Positions 23,327 through 33,677 of a stretch of DNA of 64,000 nucleotides are shown here, in pieces. Position numbers and translations under genes: made by a program. Below the pieces are notes generated by a model that did no database searches, had not been told where the DNA came from, and saw nothing but the letters and a program-made list of their open reading frames with translations. Position 1 is the first letter of the stretch; each line of letters begins with the position of its first letter. Origin of the DNA: Calditrichia bacterium. GTDB lineage: Bacteria; Calditrichota; Calditrichia; JAJRVZ01. Location: contig CAWCNS010000005.1 in NCBI GenBank assembly GCA_963796965.1, positions 32,001 through 96,000 on the forward strand. The letters are read 5' to 3'.

Positions 23327-23869
23327 TTGCATGCGAATCGAAAGCATCTAACCATAATAGGGATAATTCTATGTTGTCTGAGCATTACCGGTTTAGTATC
23401 AACTCAATCAACGCCATCAAAGGTGATTTCTAATAAAGATGAATTAATTCTTATGACCTATAACCTGCAACATGGCGTTGATTGTTTTGGCGACAGAAGT
23501 TTTCAACAACAACTTGCTATAATAAAACAAATTAATCCTGATATTCTCTGTTTGCAGGAAAGTGATGTGGCCAAGGTCTCAGGAGGGAACAATGATATTG
23601 TTCGCTATTTTTCCGATAAATTAAACTATTATAGTTATTATGGACCCAAATCTGTAACCGGAACTTTTGGTGCGGCTATTCTGTCCCGTTTCCCTATATC
23701 GAACAGTAAAAGTATTTTTACTTATGGCGACAAAGATGAAATTGGAACAGCAGTATGTAATGTATTGATTAATGAGGATTCTGTGCTCGTGATAAACAAT
23801 CATCCGCCGGACGTATCCCGTTTCACGGACGTCTGGCCCCGTCATACGGGTGGATCCCCGGTACTATAA
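23327..23869 (+). pseudogene. Endonuclease/exonuclease/phosphatase-family fragment, C-terminally truncated at palindromic repeats
   Basis: MTYNLQHG, PDILCLQESD and GAAILSRFPI. Similarity is lost after NNHP, and the GDFN/SDH motifs are missing. Confidence 0.7.
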
Positions 23870-23894
23870 AGATCCCGATTTTATCGGGATCTTT
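23868..23894. repeat. REP-like palindrome
   Basis: AAAGATCCCGAT-TTT-ATCGGGATCTTT, a 12-bp perfect stem. Confidence 0.72.
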
Positions 23895-23993
23895 TAATTT
23901 CGAGGCACTAAATCCAAAATTCTAAATAAATTTCAAATAATAAATATCCAAATACTGTGTTATAAATTTTGAAAATTAGATAGTGTTTAGAGT

Positions 23994-24170
23994 TTAACCG
24001 CGTGGAGGGGAATTGCATCCATAATGCTGCACACTGCTGGTCATCTTTTGATCAAGCAATATTGCGATCTTTTGCCTCAGAACATTAAACACTTTAAAAG
24101 TCATGTATTCCGGTTGTGGTAGAATGAAGTCAATTATGGTTGATGTGTTGAATGAATCTGCTGGCTCACC
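23994..24170 (-). pseudogene. Decayed T9SS C-terminal sorting domain remnant
   Basis: Minus strand reads DSFNTSTIIDFILPQPEYMTFKVFNVLRQKIAILLD, a degenerate NPFNPSTxI...LKVYNxLGQ. Confidence 0.6.
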
Positions 24171-24341
24171 TCATTCATATTCGTCTGCTACTTTGGAAGT
24201 GCAAAATTATCACACTCTCTCATTTATATTGCCCGTCCTACAAAGTACTTAAATTCAGCCGCATTCCTATCCACTTGTAATAAATTGCTTTCCTGATATT
24301 TGGATTTATATTCCAAATCTGTTTTGTCTCGTGGATAAATT

Positions 24342-24359
24342 TCTTCATATTTTCTTCAT
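24342..24359 (+). promoter_or_regulatory. Direct repeat TCTTCAT-N4-TCTTCAT upstream of degP; candidate OmpR-family box
   Basis: 11-bp-period heptamer repeat. Similar TTCAT repeats at 28318-28343. Confidence 0.45.
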
Positions 24360-24413
24360 TTTTAACTTTTAGGTTTTAAACAAACGAAAAAGACAAGCTT
24401 AAGTATTTAAAAA

Positions 24414-25953
24414 ATGGAGGATTTAATCATGAGAGTATCTCGTTATTTTAATCGCACTTGGTTGTTAATTTCCGTCGGTATTTTAGTGGGAGTTGTATTG
24501 ACAGCAGGTTTTGGATTAACTCTAACTTCCCACGCCCAGGAAACTAATCTCACTGTAGAGTCTAATTCACCAATAGTTAGTCCGGTTAATCCTGGAGATT
24601 TCTCTACCGCAGAAAAACTGAGTAATGTATTTGCCGATGTGGCAGAAAAAGTAAATCCCTCGGTAGTAACCGTTTTTACTGAAACAAATGTTAAAATGGA
24701 GGGGATGCCTTTTTCGGGATCACCATTTGGCGAATTTTTTGGTGGGGATGATTTTTTCAAAAAGTTCTTTCAACAATCTACACCGGAACGAAATTATAAA
24801 CGCATGGGCTTAGGTTCGGGGGTGATTGTCGATTCAGATGGCATACTTTTAACCAATAATCATGTGGTAGATGAGGCCGATAATATTAAGGTCAGATTAA
24901 TGGATGGCAGGGAGTTTGAAGGTGCGGTAAAAGGTACAGATCCGCAGACAGATCTGGCTGTAGTTACCATCGATACAAAAAATTTGACTCCGATTCAACT
25001 GGGCAATTCAGACGAAATGCGTGTCGGTGAAATGGTCCTGGCTATCGGATCACCGCTCAATCCACAATTAGAGCATACTGTCACGTCTGGAATCGTTAGC
25101 GCCAAAGGAAGAAGTGGTGTTGGCTTAACCCAGTATGAAGATTATATCCAAACGGATGCGGCTATAAATCCGGGTAACTCGGGCGGGGCCTTAGTGGATC
25201 TGAGAGGCAACCTGATTGGTATTAATAGTGCAATTGTATCACAAAGCGGTGGATTTCAGGGTATTGGTTTTGCTATTCCGGTAAACCTGGCCCGAAAAGT
25301 AATGAACGATATTATCACAAACGGAAAAGTCATTCGCGGATGGCTGGGTGTGTATATCCAGGATATTACCCCTGATCTGGCCAAGGCCCTGGATTTAAAA
25401 TCAACCAAAGGCGTGTTGGTGAGTAAGGTTCAAAAGGACAGCCCGGCGAATGAGGCTGGCATTCAGGAGGAAGATGTGATCCTGGCCTTTAACGGTAAGG
25501 AGCTTGATAATGCAAGCGAGTTGAGCACCTGGGTAGCCAGTAGCTCGCCCGATGATCACATTAATCTGAAAATATTACGGGATGGAGATGAGAAGAATGT
25601 GGAAGTTGATCTGGGAGAATTAAAAGAGGAAAATCAAGTACTTGCTAAGGGTCAGAGTCAATTCTCCTCCCTAGGATTCCAGGTAGCCAATATCGTTCCT
25701 GAACTGGTAAGTCAATATCATCTTAACAAAGAGGTGAAGGGTGTCGTTGTTACAGGAGTGGATCCCAGAAGTGTTCACTAAGGTCGGCATTCAGGTCGGA
25801 GACGTTATAATGAAAGTTAATCGTCAGGAAACAAAATCGGTTGAAGATTTTGACAATCAAATTTCCAAAGTAAAAGCAGGTGAAAATTTGTTACTGTTTC
25901 TGAGACGTGGTGCAGCTAATCTTTTTGTCGCTGTTACTATGCCTGAAAAATAA
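24414..25953 (+). CDS. degP: DegP/HtrA (Do family) serine protease with two PDZ domains (frameshift near 25775)
   Basis: GLGSGVI, TNNHVV, DLAVV, IQTDAAINPGNSGG and RGWLGV. Confidence 0.92.
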
Positions 25954-26093
25954 AAATGATTTATGACTCTTATCAGGAAGGCATTTATATACTGTGAATG
26001 CCTTCCATTAATTTTAAATTAATATTTTAAGTCAAAAATTTATGTATTTTGTTTTGAAAGTAATAACTTTATTTACTAAATCTTGGAGCATTA

Positions 26094-26772
26094 ATGAGAA
26101 TTCTTGTTGTTGAAGATGAAGAAGCTCTTGCCCTTCGCTTAAAAAATGTTCTGGAAAGTGATAAGTATTATGTAGAAGTTGCCTTTGACGGACAGATTGG
26201 TCTGGAAATGGCGTTGACAGAAGAGTATGACTTAATTATTTTAGATATTCTGTTACCGCACATAGATGGTATCCAAGTACTTATAGAAATACGTCGTAAA
26301 GAAATTATAATACCAGTTTTACTGCTAACGGTTAAGGATAGTACCCAGGATAAAGTAATAGGATTAGATGCTGGAGCATGATGATTATTTAACAAAGCCG
26401 TTTGCCATCCCGGAATTACTTGCCCGGGTACGTTCTCTTTTGCGACGCAAGAGTGAAGTGAAATCTGCTAATTTTCATCTCGCCAATCTTGAGATTAACA
26501 CGAACAGCCATGAAGTTTTTCTGGAACAAACACCAATATATCTGACTGCTAAGGAGTATTCAATATTAGAGTTTCTGATTTATAATAAAAACAGGGTATT
26601 GTCCCGCCTGTCAATTGCCGAACATGTCTGGGGAGATAATTTCGATTTATTTACCATGACGAATTTCGTCGATGTCCATGTTAAAAATCTACGCAAGAAA
26701 ATTGAGTCCGCGGACAAAAAAAATATAATTCAGACAGTCAGAGGTGTTGGTTATATGATAAAGGATGAGTAG
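26094..26772 (+). CDS. OmpR-family response regulator (frameshift near 26378)
   Basis: MRILVVEDE, LDILLP, DDYLTKPF, VDVHVKNLRKK and TVRGVGY. Confidence 0.92.
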
Positions 26773-28181
26773 TGAAAATCCGTATTCGCCTGACCTTGTG
26801 GTTTTTTTCAATCATCTTGCTCATTTTGTTAATCTTTAGTCTTGGCACTTATTGGGGTATGCAGAGATTGCTGTATGAAGCCATGGATAAGGAATTGGAT
26901 GTTCTGGCCAGTTCAATTGAAAGAAGTTATGATCCGTTTTTTAACAAATTTTCTGAACTGGATTTTTTACATGATAACGAAAATCGCTTTCTCGAGTACT
27001 ATTTGCTGGTATATAATAAAAACGCAAAACCTGTCTATATTTCGCCACTTAGCACCATCATTTCATTTGATATTCCGCTTCAGGACGATAAAATTGAAAC
27101 GGGTTTCACACTAAAAACAAAAGTTACGGAAAATATCCCCTACTTAAATCCAGGTCCGGAGGGAGAAACCACATTTCGTCTCATTTGCAGACAATTGTAT
27201 TATAAGGAGCATCGTGTCGGATGGATTGTTGTAGGCCTATCGATTGAACGTATCAAGGAGTCGATGGAAAATTTATTAGACGTACTCCTGGGATCAATAT
27301 TAATCAGTATTCTAATTCTGGCTTTTGTCAGCTATCTGCTTACACGTAAAGCTTTGGATCCGGTTAATATCATTACAAAAAAGGCCAATCGGATAAGCCA
27401 AAATAATCTTGAGGAAAGAATACAGGTTCCGGTTGAAAATGATGAGCTGGGGCAACTATCGCAGGTGTTGAATAATTTATTGGATCGACTACAATTGGCA
27501 TTTGCAACACAGCAACAATTCTTAGCCGATGCAGCCCATGAATTAAAAACACCACTATCAGTGTTACGTGCCCATTGGGAGAGCGAATTAAATAATGCCA
27601 AACTGTCTTTGGAAATTAAAGAAAAATTGGTACAGGATATTGAAACGATCGCCCGCTTGTCTCATCTGATCAATAATTTACTGCTTCTTTCTAAAACAGA
27701 AGCCGTACGTTCGACCTTTGATTTTGATTTGGTGCAACTTGATGAAATTATAAACGAGGTTCTGAGCGATGCCCGGGTCTTAGCAGATATGAAATCGCAG
27801 AATATTGAAGTTATTAATTTGCATCCGGTGAAAATAAATGGAGATCGGATGCGTTTATATCAGCTCTTTTTTAATATCATAGACAATTCAATTAGGTATG
27901 GATCGGAATCCGGGAAAATATGGATAACATTAAAACCGGGAGATGAGTGGAATATTGTTGAAATCAGTGATAATGGTCCGGGAATCTCACAACAAGACTT
28001 ACCGCATATATTTGATCGGTTCTACAGGTCCCAAAAAGATCGGGCCCGAAAAACGGGCGGAAGTGGATTGGGTTTGTCCATTTGTCAGTTGATAGTCCAA
28101 TCCCACGAGGGAAAAATTGAAGTCGAAAGTGAAACAGGAAAAGGTAGTATTTTTCGAGTAAAACTTCCTGTTATTGCATAA
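26772..28181 (+). CDS. HAMP-domain sensor histidine kinase (CusS/CzcS-like)
   Basis: Two TM segments, HAMP (DELGQL), H-box DAAHELKTPL, and N, G1, F and G2 boxes. Confidence 0.93.
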   Translation: MKIRIRLTLWFFSIILLILLIFSLGTYWGMQRLLYEAMDKELDVLASSIERSYDPFFNKFSELDFLHDNENRFLEYYLLVYNKNAKPVYISPLSTIISFDIPLQDDKIETGFTLKTKVTENIPYLNPGPEGETTFRLICRQLYYKEHRVGWIVVGLSIERIKESMENLLDVLLGSILISILILAFVSYLLTRKALDPVNIITKKANRISQNNLEERIQVPVENDELGQLSQVLNNLLDRLQLAFATQQQFLADAAHELKTPLSVLRAHWESELNNAKLSLEIKEKLVQDIETIARLSHLINNLLLLSKTEAVRSTFDFDLVQLDEIINEVLSDARVLADMKSQNIEVINLHPVKINGDRMRLYQLFFNIIDNSIRYGSESGKIWITLKPGDEWNIVEISDNGPGISQQDLPHIFDRFYRSQKDRARKTGGSGLGLSICQLIVQSHEGKIEVESETGKGSIFRVKLPVIA

Positions 28182-28547
28182 TTCATGTTGAATTTAACTC
28201 CCTCCAAAATAATATTTGCTATTAAACCACAAATTTTCTTTTTTTGATTTTTTGACTATATGATGCAGTAAAATTTAAATTTATCCAACTCTCATTTCTA
28301 TCATTTCTCAAAAATAATTCATATTTCTTCATCAAAAATTCATTTTACTCTCTTACCATTAACTGTACATAAAAGACTAAAAACCAGGCACTCTTTTACA
28401 AAAGTGAAGAGTGAAGATGTGACAGCGATTATCAGTGGGATTTTATCTGTATTGCATGTATTTTGATTGATCTATGGGAGTGTATTTTTTGAAAATATTT
28501 ATTCCTTTTATTTTTCATACAACCCAATAATAACACAGGAGGATAAA

Positions 28548-29117
28548 ATGAAACAGTCTCTCAAAAATATCAACCTGATTGCCGAAGAATATTCAATGGA
28601 TAAGATGAGAAATTATATCAGGGATATAGGAAGTCCTAATGGATTGAGGCGTCAACATGCCAGATTGGCCATGGTGGCAATTGGCGAGCCGGCAATAGAC
28701 ATCTTGGCCGTATTGTCAATCCATCCGCGATGGGTAATTCGTTGGGAAGCGGTTAAGGCGCTTTCTCAAATGAAGAATGCAGTTACGGCCCCGTTACTGA
28801 TTAATGCTCTTGAGGACGAACACGATAGTGTGCGCTGGGTTGCTTCCTATGGATTAATTGCTTTGGGCAAACAAGGCCTGACAGCCCTCTTTGAGGCGCT
28901 CAGTTCTTACAAGTCAACCGTTTCCCTAAGGCAGGGTGCCGATTATGTGATCAAAGAGATATTAAAACGCTTTTCCTTGAATGATATAGAAGAACTAATT
29001 GCCAATCTGGAAGATATAAGCAATTACAAGGGATCACCGTTTAGTGCCAAGAGGATTCTGAATACAATGTTAAATAACAATAACAATCTAACGGAAAGTT
29101 CCTCACAAAAGAATTGA
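28548..29117 (+). CDS. HEAT/PBS-lyase repeat protein
   Basis: IRWEAVKAL and LINALEDEHDSVRWVASYGL. RBS GGAGG lies before ATG 28548. Confidence 0.75.
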   Translation: MKQSLKNINLIAEEYSMDKMRNYIRDIGSPNGLRRQHARLAMVAIGEPAIDILAVLSIHPRWVIRWEAVKALSQMKNAVTAPLLINALEDEHDSVRWVASYGLIALGKQGLTALFEALSSYKSTVSLRQGADYVIKEILKRFSLNDIEELIANLEDISNYKGSPFSAKRILNTMLNNNNNLTESSSQKN

Positions 29118-29125
29118 GATTCATT

Positions 29126-29194
29126 ATGAATATTGCACACTTACTGATTCCTGAGATAAGTGATCTGATTGAACAGAATGACGGGATCAATTAA
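29126..29194 (+). pseudogene. Possible 5' stub of an MgtE magnesium transporter gene
   Basis: MNIAHLLIPEISDLIEQND* resembles the MgtE N-terminal LLxPEIxELIE pattern. Confidence 0.45.
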
Positions 29195-29228
29195 AAGAAT
29201 GTAATTGATGAGAATATTTTAAATTGAG

Positions 29229-29996
29229 GTGTTTATTATGGGGATACGGTTTAAAATATTATTTGGATTTTTGACATTAGTGATCATGTTGTTTATTGCC
29301 GGTGTTTGGTCCATTTATGAGTTAAATTCAATTGGCTCTTTTATACCAAAAATGTTAGATGAAAACTATCAGAGCATACATGCTGCAAAAAAAATGATTG
29401 AAGCTCTGGAAAGAGAAGATAGTGCTGTTTTACTGCTTCTGCTAGGAAAGGCGGACAAGGGCAGATCATTATTACTTACGGCCGATAGTCTGTTCAATGA
29501 AAACTATAAATTTGCCTATATGAACATTACAATGCCCGGAGAACAAGACCAACTTAATACCATAATATCACGCTATGAAGAATATAAAAAGTTATGGCAA
29601 CGACCTATAGTTAGCACAGAAAGAGAAGGCAACATTGAATGGTATTTTCAAAATACTCATAACACCTTTTTATCGGTAAAGTCTTCCCTTGAGGATCTCA
29701 TTAACCTCAACGATAAAACTATGTATCAAGTGGCTTCAGATCTGGAGAAGCGATCTGAAAGAGCAATAATGCCTGGTATCGTAGCAATTATATCAGCCCT
29801 GGTCTTTACCCTTATTTTTAATTTTCTTGTAAACTTCTATGTCGTTGGGCCAATTATTAAAATAACAGACCGAATTCGGAGATTTAAAGAAAACAAAACA
29901 CCCTTCGATGTCTCCATTGAAACCAGAGATGAGTTCTTTTATTTATCAAATGAGATTAGTGACTTGTGTACCCTGGTAAGTTCAAAGGATATATAA
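29229..29996 (+). CDS. Membrane sensor with four-helix-bundle ligand-binding domain and HAMP-like segment, no kinase domain
   Basis: TM, then ENYQSIHAAKKMIEALEREDSA (KinB/4HB-like), TM, then ETRDEF. Confidence 0.7.
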   Translation: MFIMGIRFKILFGFLTLVIMLFIAGVWSIYELNSIGSFIPKMLDENYQSIHAAKKMIEALEREDSAVLLLLLGKADKGRSLLLTADSLFNENYKFAYMNITMPGEQDQLNTIISRYEEYKKLWQRPIVSTEREGNIEWYFQNTHNTFLSVKSSLEDLINLNDKTMYQVASDLEKRSERAIMPGIVAIISALVFTLIFNFLVNFYVVGPIIKITDRIRRFKENKTPFDVSIETRDEFFYLSNEISDLCTLVSSKDI

Positions 29997-29998
29997 AA

Positions 29999-31454
29999 AT
30001 GAGATTTCACATTGTTTTAAGATACATTGCCCTTGCACTTGTCTTCAATTCAATATTTATGATAATTTCATCAATTATATCGTTGGTTTATTCCGATGAT
30101 GCATTCATGCCTTTATTATATTCCGGTTTAGTAACCGCTCTATTGGGCATATTTCCTCTGATATTTGTACCGGCGACGTCCACAATTACTAACAAGGAAG
30201 GGCATTTGATTATCGTCAGTAGTTGGTTAATGTCTTGTCTGGTTGGCATGCTTCCTTATCTTATGTGGGGTGGCCCCTTTTCCTTCACGAATGCATGGTT
30301 TGAGACAGTCTCTGGTTTTACTACGACTGGTTCATCCATTCTTAGTAATATAGAAGCGTTGCCTCACGGATTGCTATTCTGGAGGGCCTCGACCCACTGG
30401 ATAGGGGGAATCGGTATTATTATATTTGTACTATCTGTTTTGCCCTTTCTTGGTATTGCTGAAATTGTGCTTTACCGAACTGAAATATCTTCTTTAGCTA
30501 GAGAAAATTTTCATAATCGCGCGAGAAAAGCAATTCATATCCTCGTAGGTGTCTATGGTGGCTTAACACTTTTTGAAATAATCGCTTTAATTCTTTGTGG
30601 TATGAATATTTTCGATGCAATTACACATTCCTTTGCTACAATTGCCACAGGAGGATTTTCAACCAAAAATGCGAGCATTGGATATTTTAACAATCCGTTA
30701 ATTGATATTGTTATTATTATTTTCATGATCCTGTCGGGTATACATTTTGCGACATTATTTTCGGTTATTACAGGTCATATTCGAGACTTCTGGAAATCAG
30801 CGGTGGTTAGATATTATCTTCTCGCGCTGCTGATAGGAATTATCATAATTACTCTAAATGTGCATGGCAAGAACTATCCAAATTGGAACGAGGCAATCCG
30901 CTATGCTTCTTTTCAGGTAGTCTCTATTGGTACGTCTACCGGTTTTGCGTCAACAGACACGGACTGTTTGGCCATCTCTTTCCCAATTGATTCTTATATA
31001 CTTCGCACTACAATGTGCTTGTTCCGGGTCAACTTCCGGTGGTATTAAGGTCGAGCGTGTACTTCTAATTGGCAAAGGATTTATAAAATATTTGAAGAAG
31101 CTGATGCATCCCAATGCTGTTATACCGTTACATCTTGATAGACATGTGATCAAAGATAATGTTTTTACAAAAAGTATCCTCTATATTGTGCTCTATCTTG
31201 TAATTATATTACTCAACACAATCATTCTAAGTGCACTAGGTGTTGATAATCTATCGGCTTTTACAGGTACGGTTGCAACGATAGGCAATGTCGGTCCCGG
31301 ATTAAGCACCGTCGGATCGACCGGAAATTTTAACCATATTCCTGAATTGGGTAAATGGGCCTTATCCATTACAATGCTTATAGGACGACTGGAGATATAT
31401 GCGTTTTTTATATTTTTTACAAGAGCGCAGTGGCGAAAGACGGTTTCCTATTAA
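29999..31454 (+). CDS. trkH: TrkH potassium uptake protein (frameshift near 30960)
   Basis: FETVSGFTTTG, WIGGIG, ATGGFSTKNASI, GSTSGGIK, GNVGPG and MLIGRLE. Confidence 0.92.
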
Positions 31455-31647
31455 ATTTTAAAATGTACCCGTATAAATATGCTAAAATAACCATTAAACT
31501 ACTTCAAAATCTTTCTTTCCCTTCATTTGTTCTTCATTATTAGTGTATATATTTTTTCATGTGTGTCCGGTAAAAAAAATGAATCAATTTTTTAACAAAA
31601 ATTATCACTCAAAAATCCCTTCTCTTCTTCACGAGAAGCGTTCCTTA

Positions 31648-31677
31648 AAGTCCCTCTCTTATTAAGAGAGGGATTTT
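31648..31677. repeat. REP-like palindrome CCCTCTCTTATTAAGAGAGGG
   Basis: Near-perfect inverted repeat between convergent genes. Confidence 0.55.
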
Positions 31678-31854
31678 CCCGAAAGGGACGCCTTTGGCAA
31701 AAGTGAGTTCTTTAAATCAAGTTTTTACTGGGAAATTAATAAAATCATTTGATATCGTGTTGTTTAGGAATACATATTTAAATCTTAAGCGGACACTTGT
31801 GATATTTTTTATAAATTTAAAATGATCGGATAAGAACACTACTTATTGAAGCCT

Positions 31855-32406
31855 CTAATTATTCATATCTTTTTCTTTGAAAATTCCAAGGAATACTTCT
31901 GTGTAAAATTCATAATGCGAAACATATAAAACATCGACGGCGTTTTTCATTAAAATATAACCGCGACCAGAACGTGCCCCGCTTTTCAATGGATTGTTTT
32001 CATTTAACAAACTTATTATCTTTTTCAGAGGGATTGGTTCTCCCATGCTCTCAACACCCAGCCAAAAATAAGCGTCGTTTATTTTGAAGAGATTAATAAC
32101 CACTATTTTGTCTTTGGCAAATAGGTAACCATGCTGCTGAGCATTATTAATTGCTTCAACCAATGCTATGATTAAACTTTGTATTTTGTCGGCCTGTATA
32201 CCATAAGATTTAAGTTTGCATTCAATTTGGTTACTTATCTGCACCAAATCGTTTACAGAGCTCGCATTTACGGTAAATTTATTAATTTTTATATCTTCAA
32301 GTCTTATTGTCTGGGGGGATTTCTTTATTTCTTTAAAGTCACCTTTTATTAAGCCATTTATAGTCGAATGCTGGTTTTGGAGTGTTAAATTATCAAAATC
32401 CTTCAT
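31855..32406 (-). CDS. RsbW-like anti-sigma factor / HATPase_c_2 protein
   Basis: ALVEAINNAQQHG (N-box) and SGRGYILMKNAVDVL (G2 box). Confidence 0.72.
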   Translation of the reverse strand: MKDFDNLTLQNQHSTINGLIKGDFKEIKKSPQTIRLEDIKINKFTVNASSVNDLVQISNQIECKLKSYGIQADKIQSLIIALVEAINNAQQHGYLFAKDKIVVINLFKINDAYFWLGVESMGEPIPLKKIISLLNENNPLKSGARSGRGYILMKNAVDVLYVSHYEFYTEVFLGIFKEKDMNN

Positions 32407-32686
32407 CTTGATTTCCTCCGGTTACACTGTTATAATAATAATTATTAGAGGTGAAGAAAAGATGAAGAAATGAGGTATAGTAAAGAGGAAGCGTTATATC
32501 TTTCTTAATCTTTTATTTCTGTAGGATAGTAGATCATCGCCAGATCTTTTTTTGTCAATTCGGGATTGGAGAAAATTCAAGAATTGTCCATGATGAACAA
32601 CAAATTAATGGTTTAAATTGCAAATATTTATCCTATCAAGTATTTTGTTTAAATCTTATCAGAATTCTTAAAATCGAAAAGCAAAT

Positions 32687-33537
32687 ATGGAAATTATCGA
32701 ATTATTTAAAACGTTGCCCGCTGTACTTAGGATTGTTTCTATCGTGTTATTGGCAGTGCTGGCGAATATTTTGGTGCGTGGGATCCAGCGATTAAGCCAA
32801 TGGCTTTTGTCTTTAAAGTTATCGAGTAGCGACTTTAAAACAGAGAATATTGTAAAACGCTATCCTAAAATTGTTACTATCACGACAATTCTGGTCAGCG
32901 CCATCACTTTTACAATTTATTTTCTGGCTATTGGATTGATCCTGCAGGAATTTAATATCTCTTTAACCGCATATTTAGCCAGCGCTTCAGTGATCGGTCT
33001 TGCCATAGGCTTTGGGGCACAGGGTTTTGTTCAAGATGTTGTCATTGGCCTGACACTAATTTTTTCGGATGCCCTGGATATAGGAGACGTAGTGGACCTC
33101 TCCGGGCAGGTCGGACGAGTAGAAAGAATCGGATTAAGATTTACAACGCTTATCAATTTGTATGGACAACAGATTTACATACCAAATCGAAATATTTCTG
33201 CAATCGGCCAATTTCGGGGAGGGTGTATTCGAGCCTATGTTGATATCCAATTGCCGGAACAGGTTGATGATAAAATTGATCACCGAAAAAGTTCATTCTA
33301 TTGGGCTGGGTATGCATCAACAGCATAAGTCAATTATTCTGAACCCTCCGGAGATATTTGGTATTAAAGAGACGAAAGACGGTAACTGGCGGTATTTGCG
33401 GATCAAAGTTTCGTATATGGCCGGGACAAGTTGAACTTATCGAAAAGTCCTTTAAACAACGGGTCATTTTGATTATGAAGCAGCTATATCAGGAATATGC
33501 TGAATGGATGATTACTGTTACCTACAAGGTTGAGTGA
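32687..33537 (+). CDS. MscS-family mechanosensitive channel (frameshifted)
   Basis: GLAIGFGAQGFVQDVVIG, IGLRFT and YIPNRNI. Continues in shifted frames to TGA at 33537. Confidence 0.85.
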
Positions 33538-33677
33538 ATGCGGTGGAAATATTCGTTAAAATTTTAGAAATATTATAAGTCGTAATTTGTTATTATAAAT
33601 AATGCGCTATAAAAAATCTCAGTCTCCTTCTATAAATTTAAAAAATCGAAAAAGTTAAGACTCTTGACTAATTAAAA

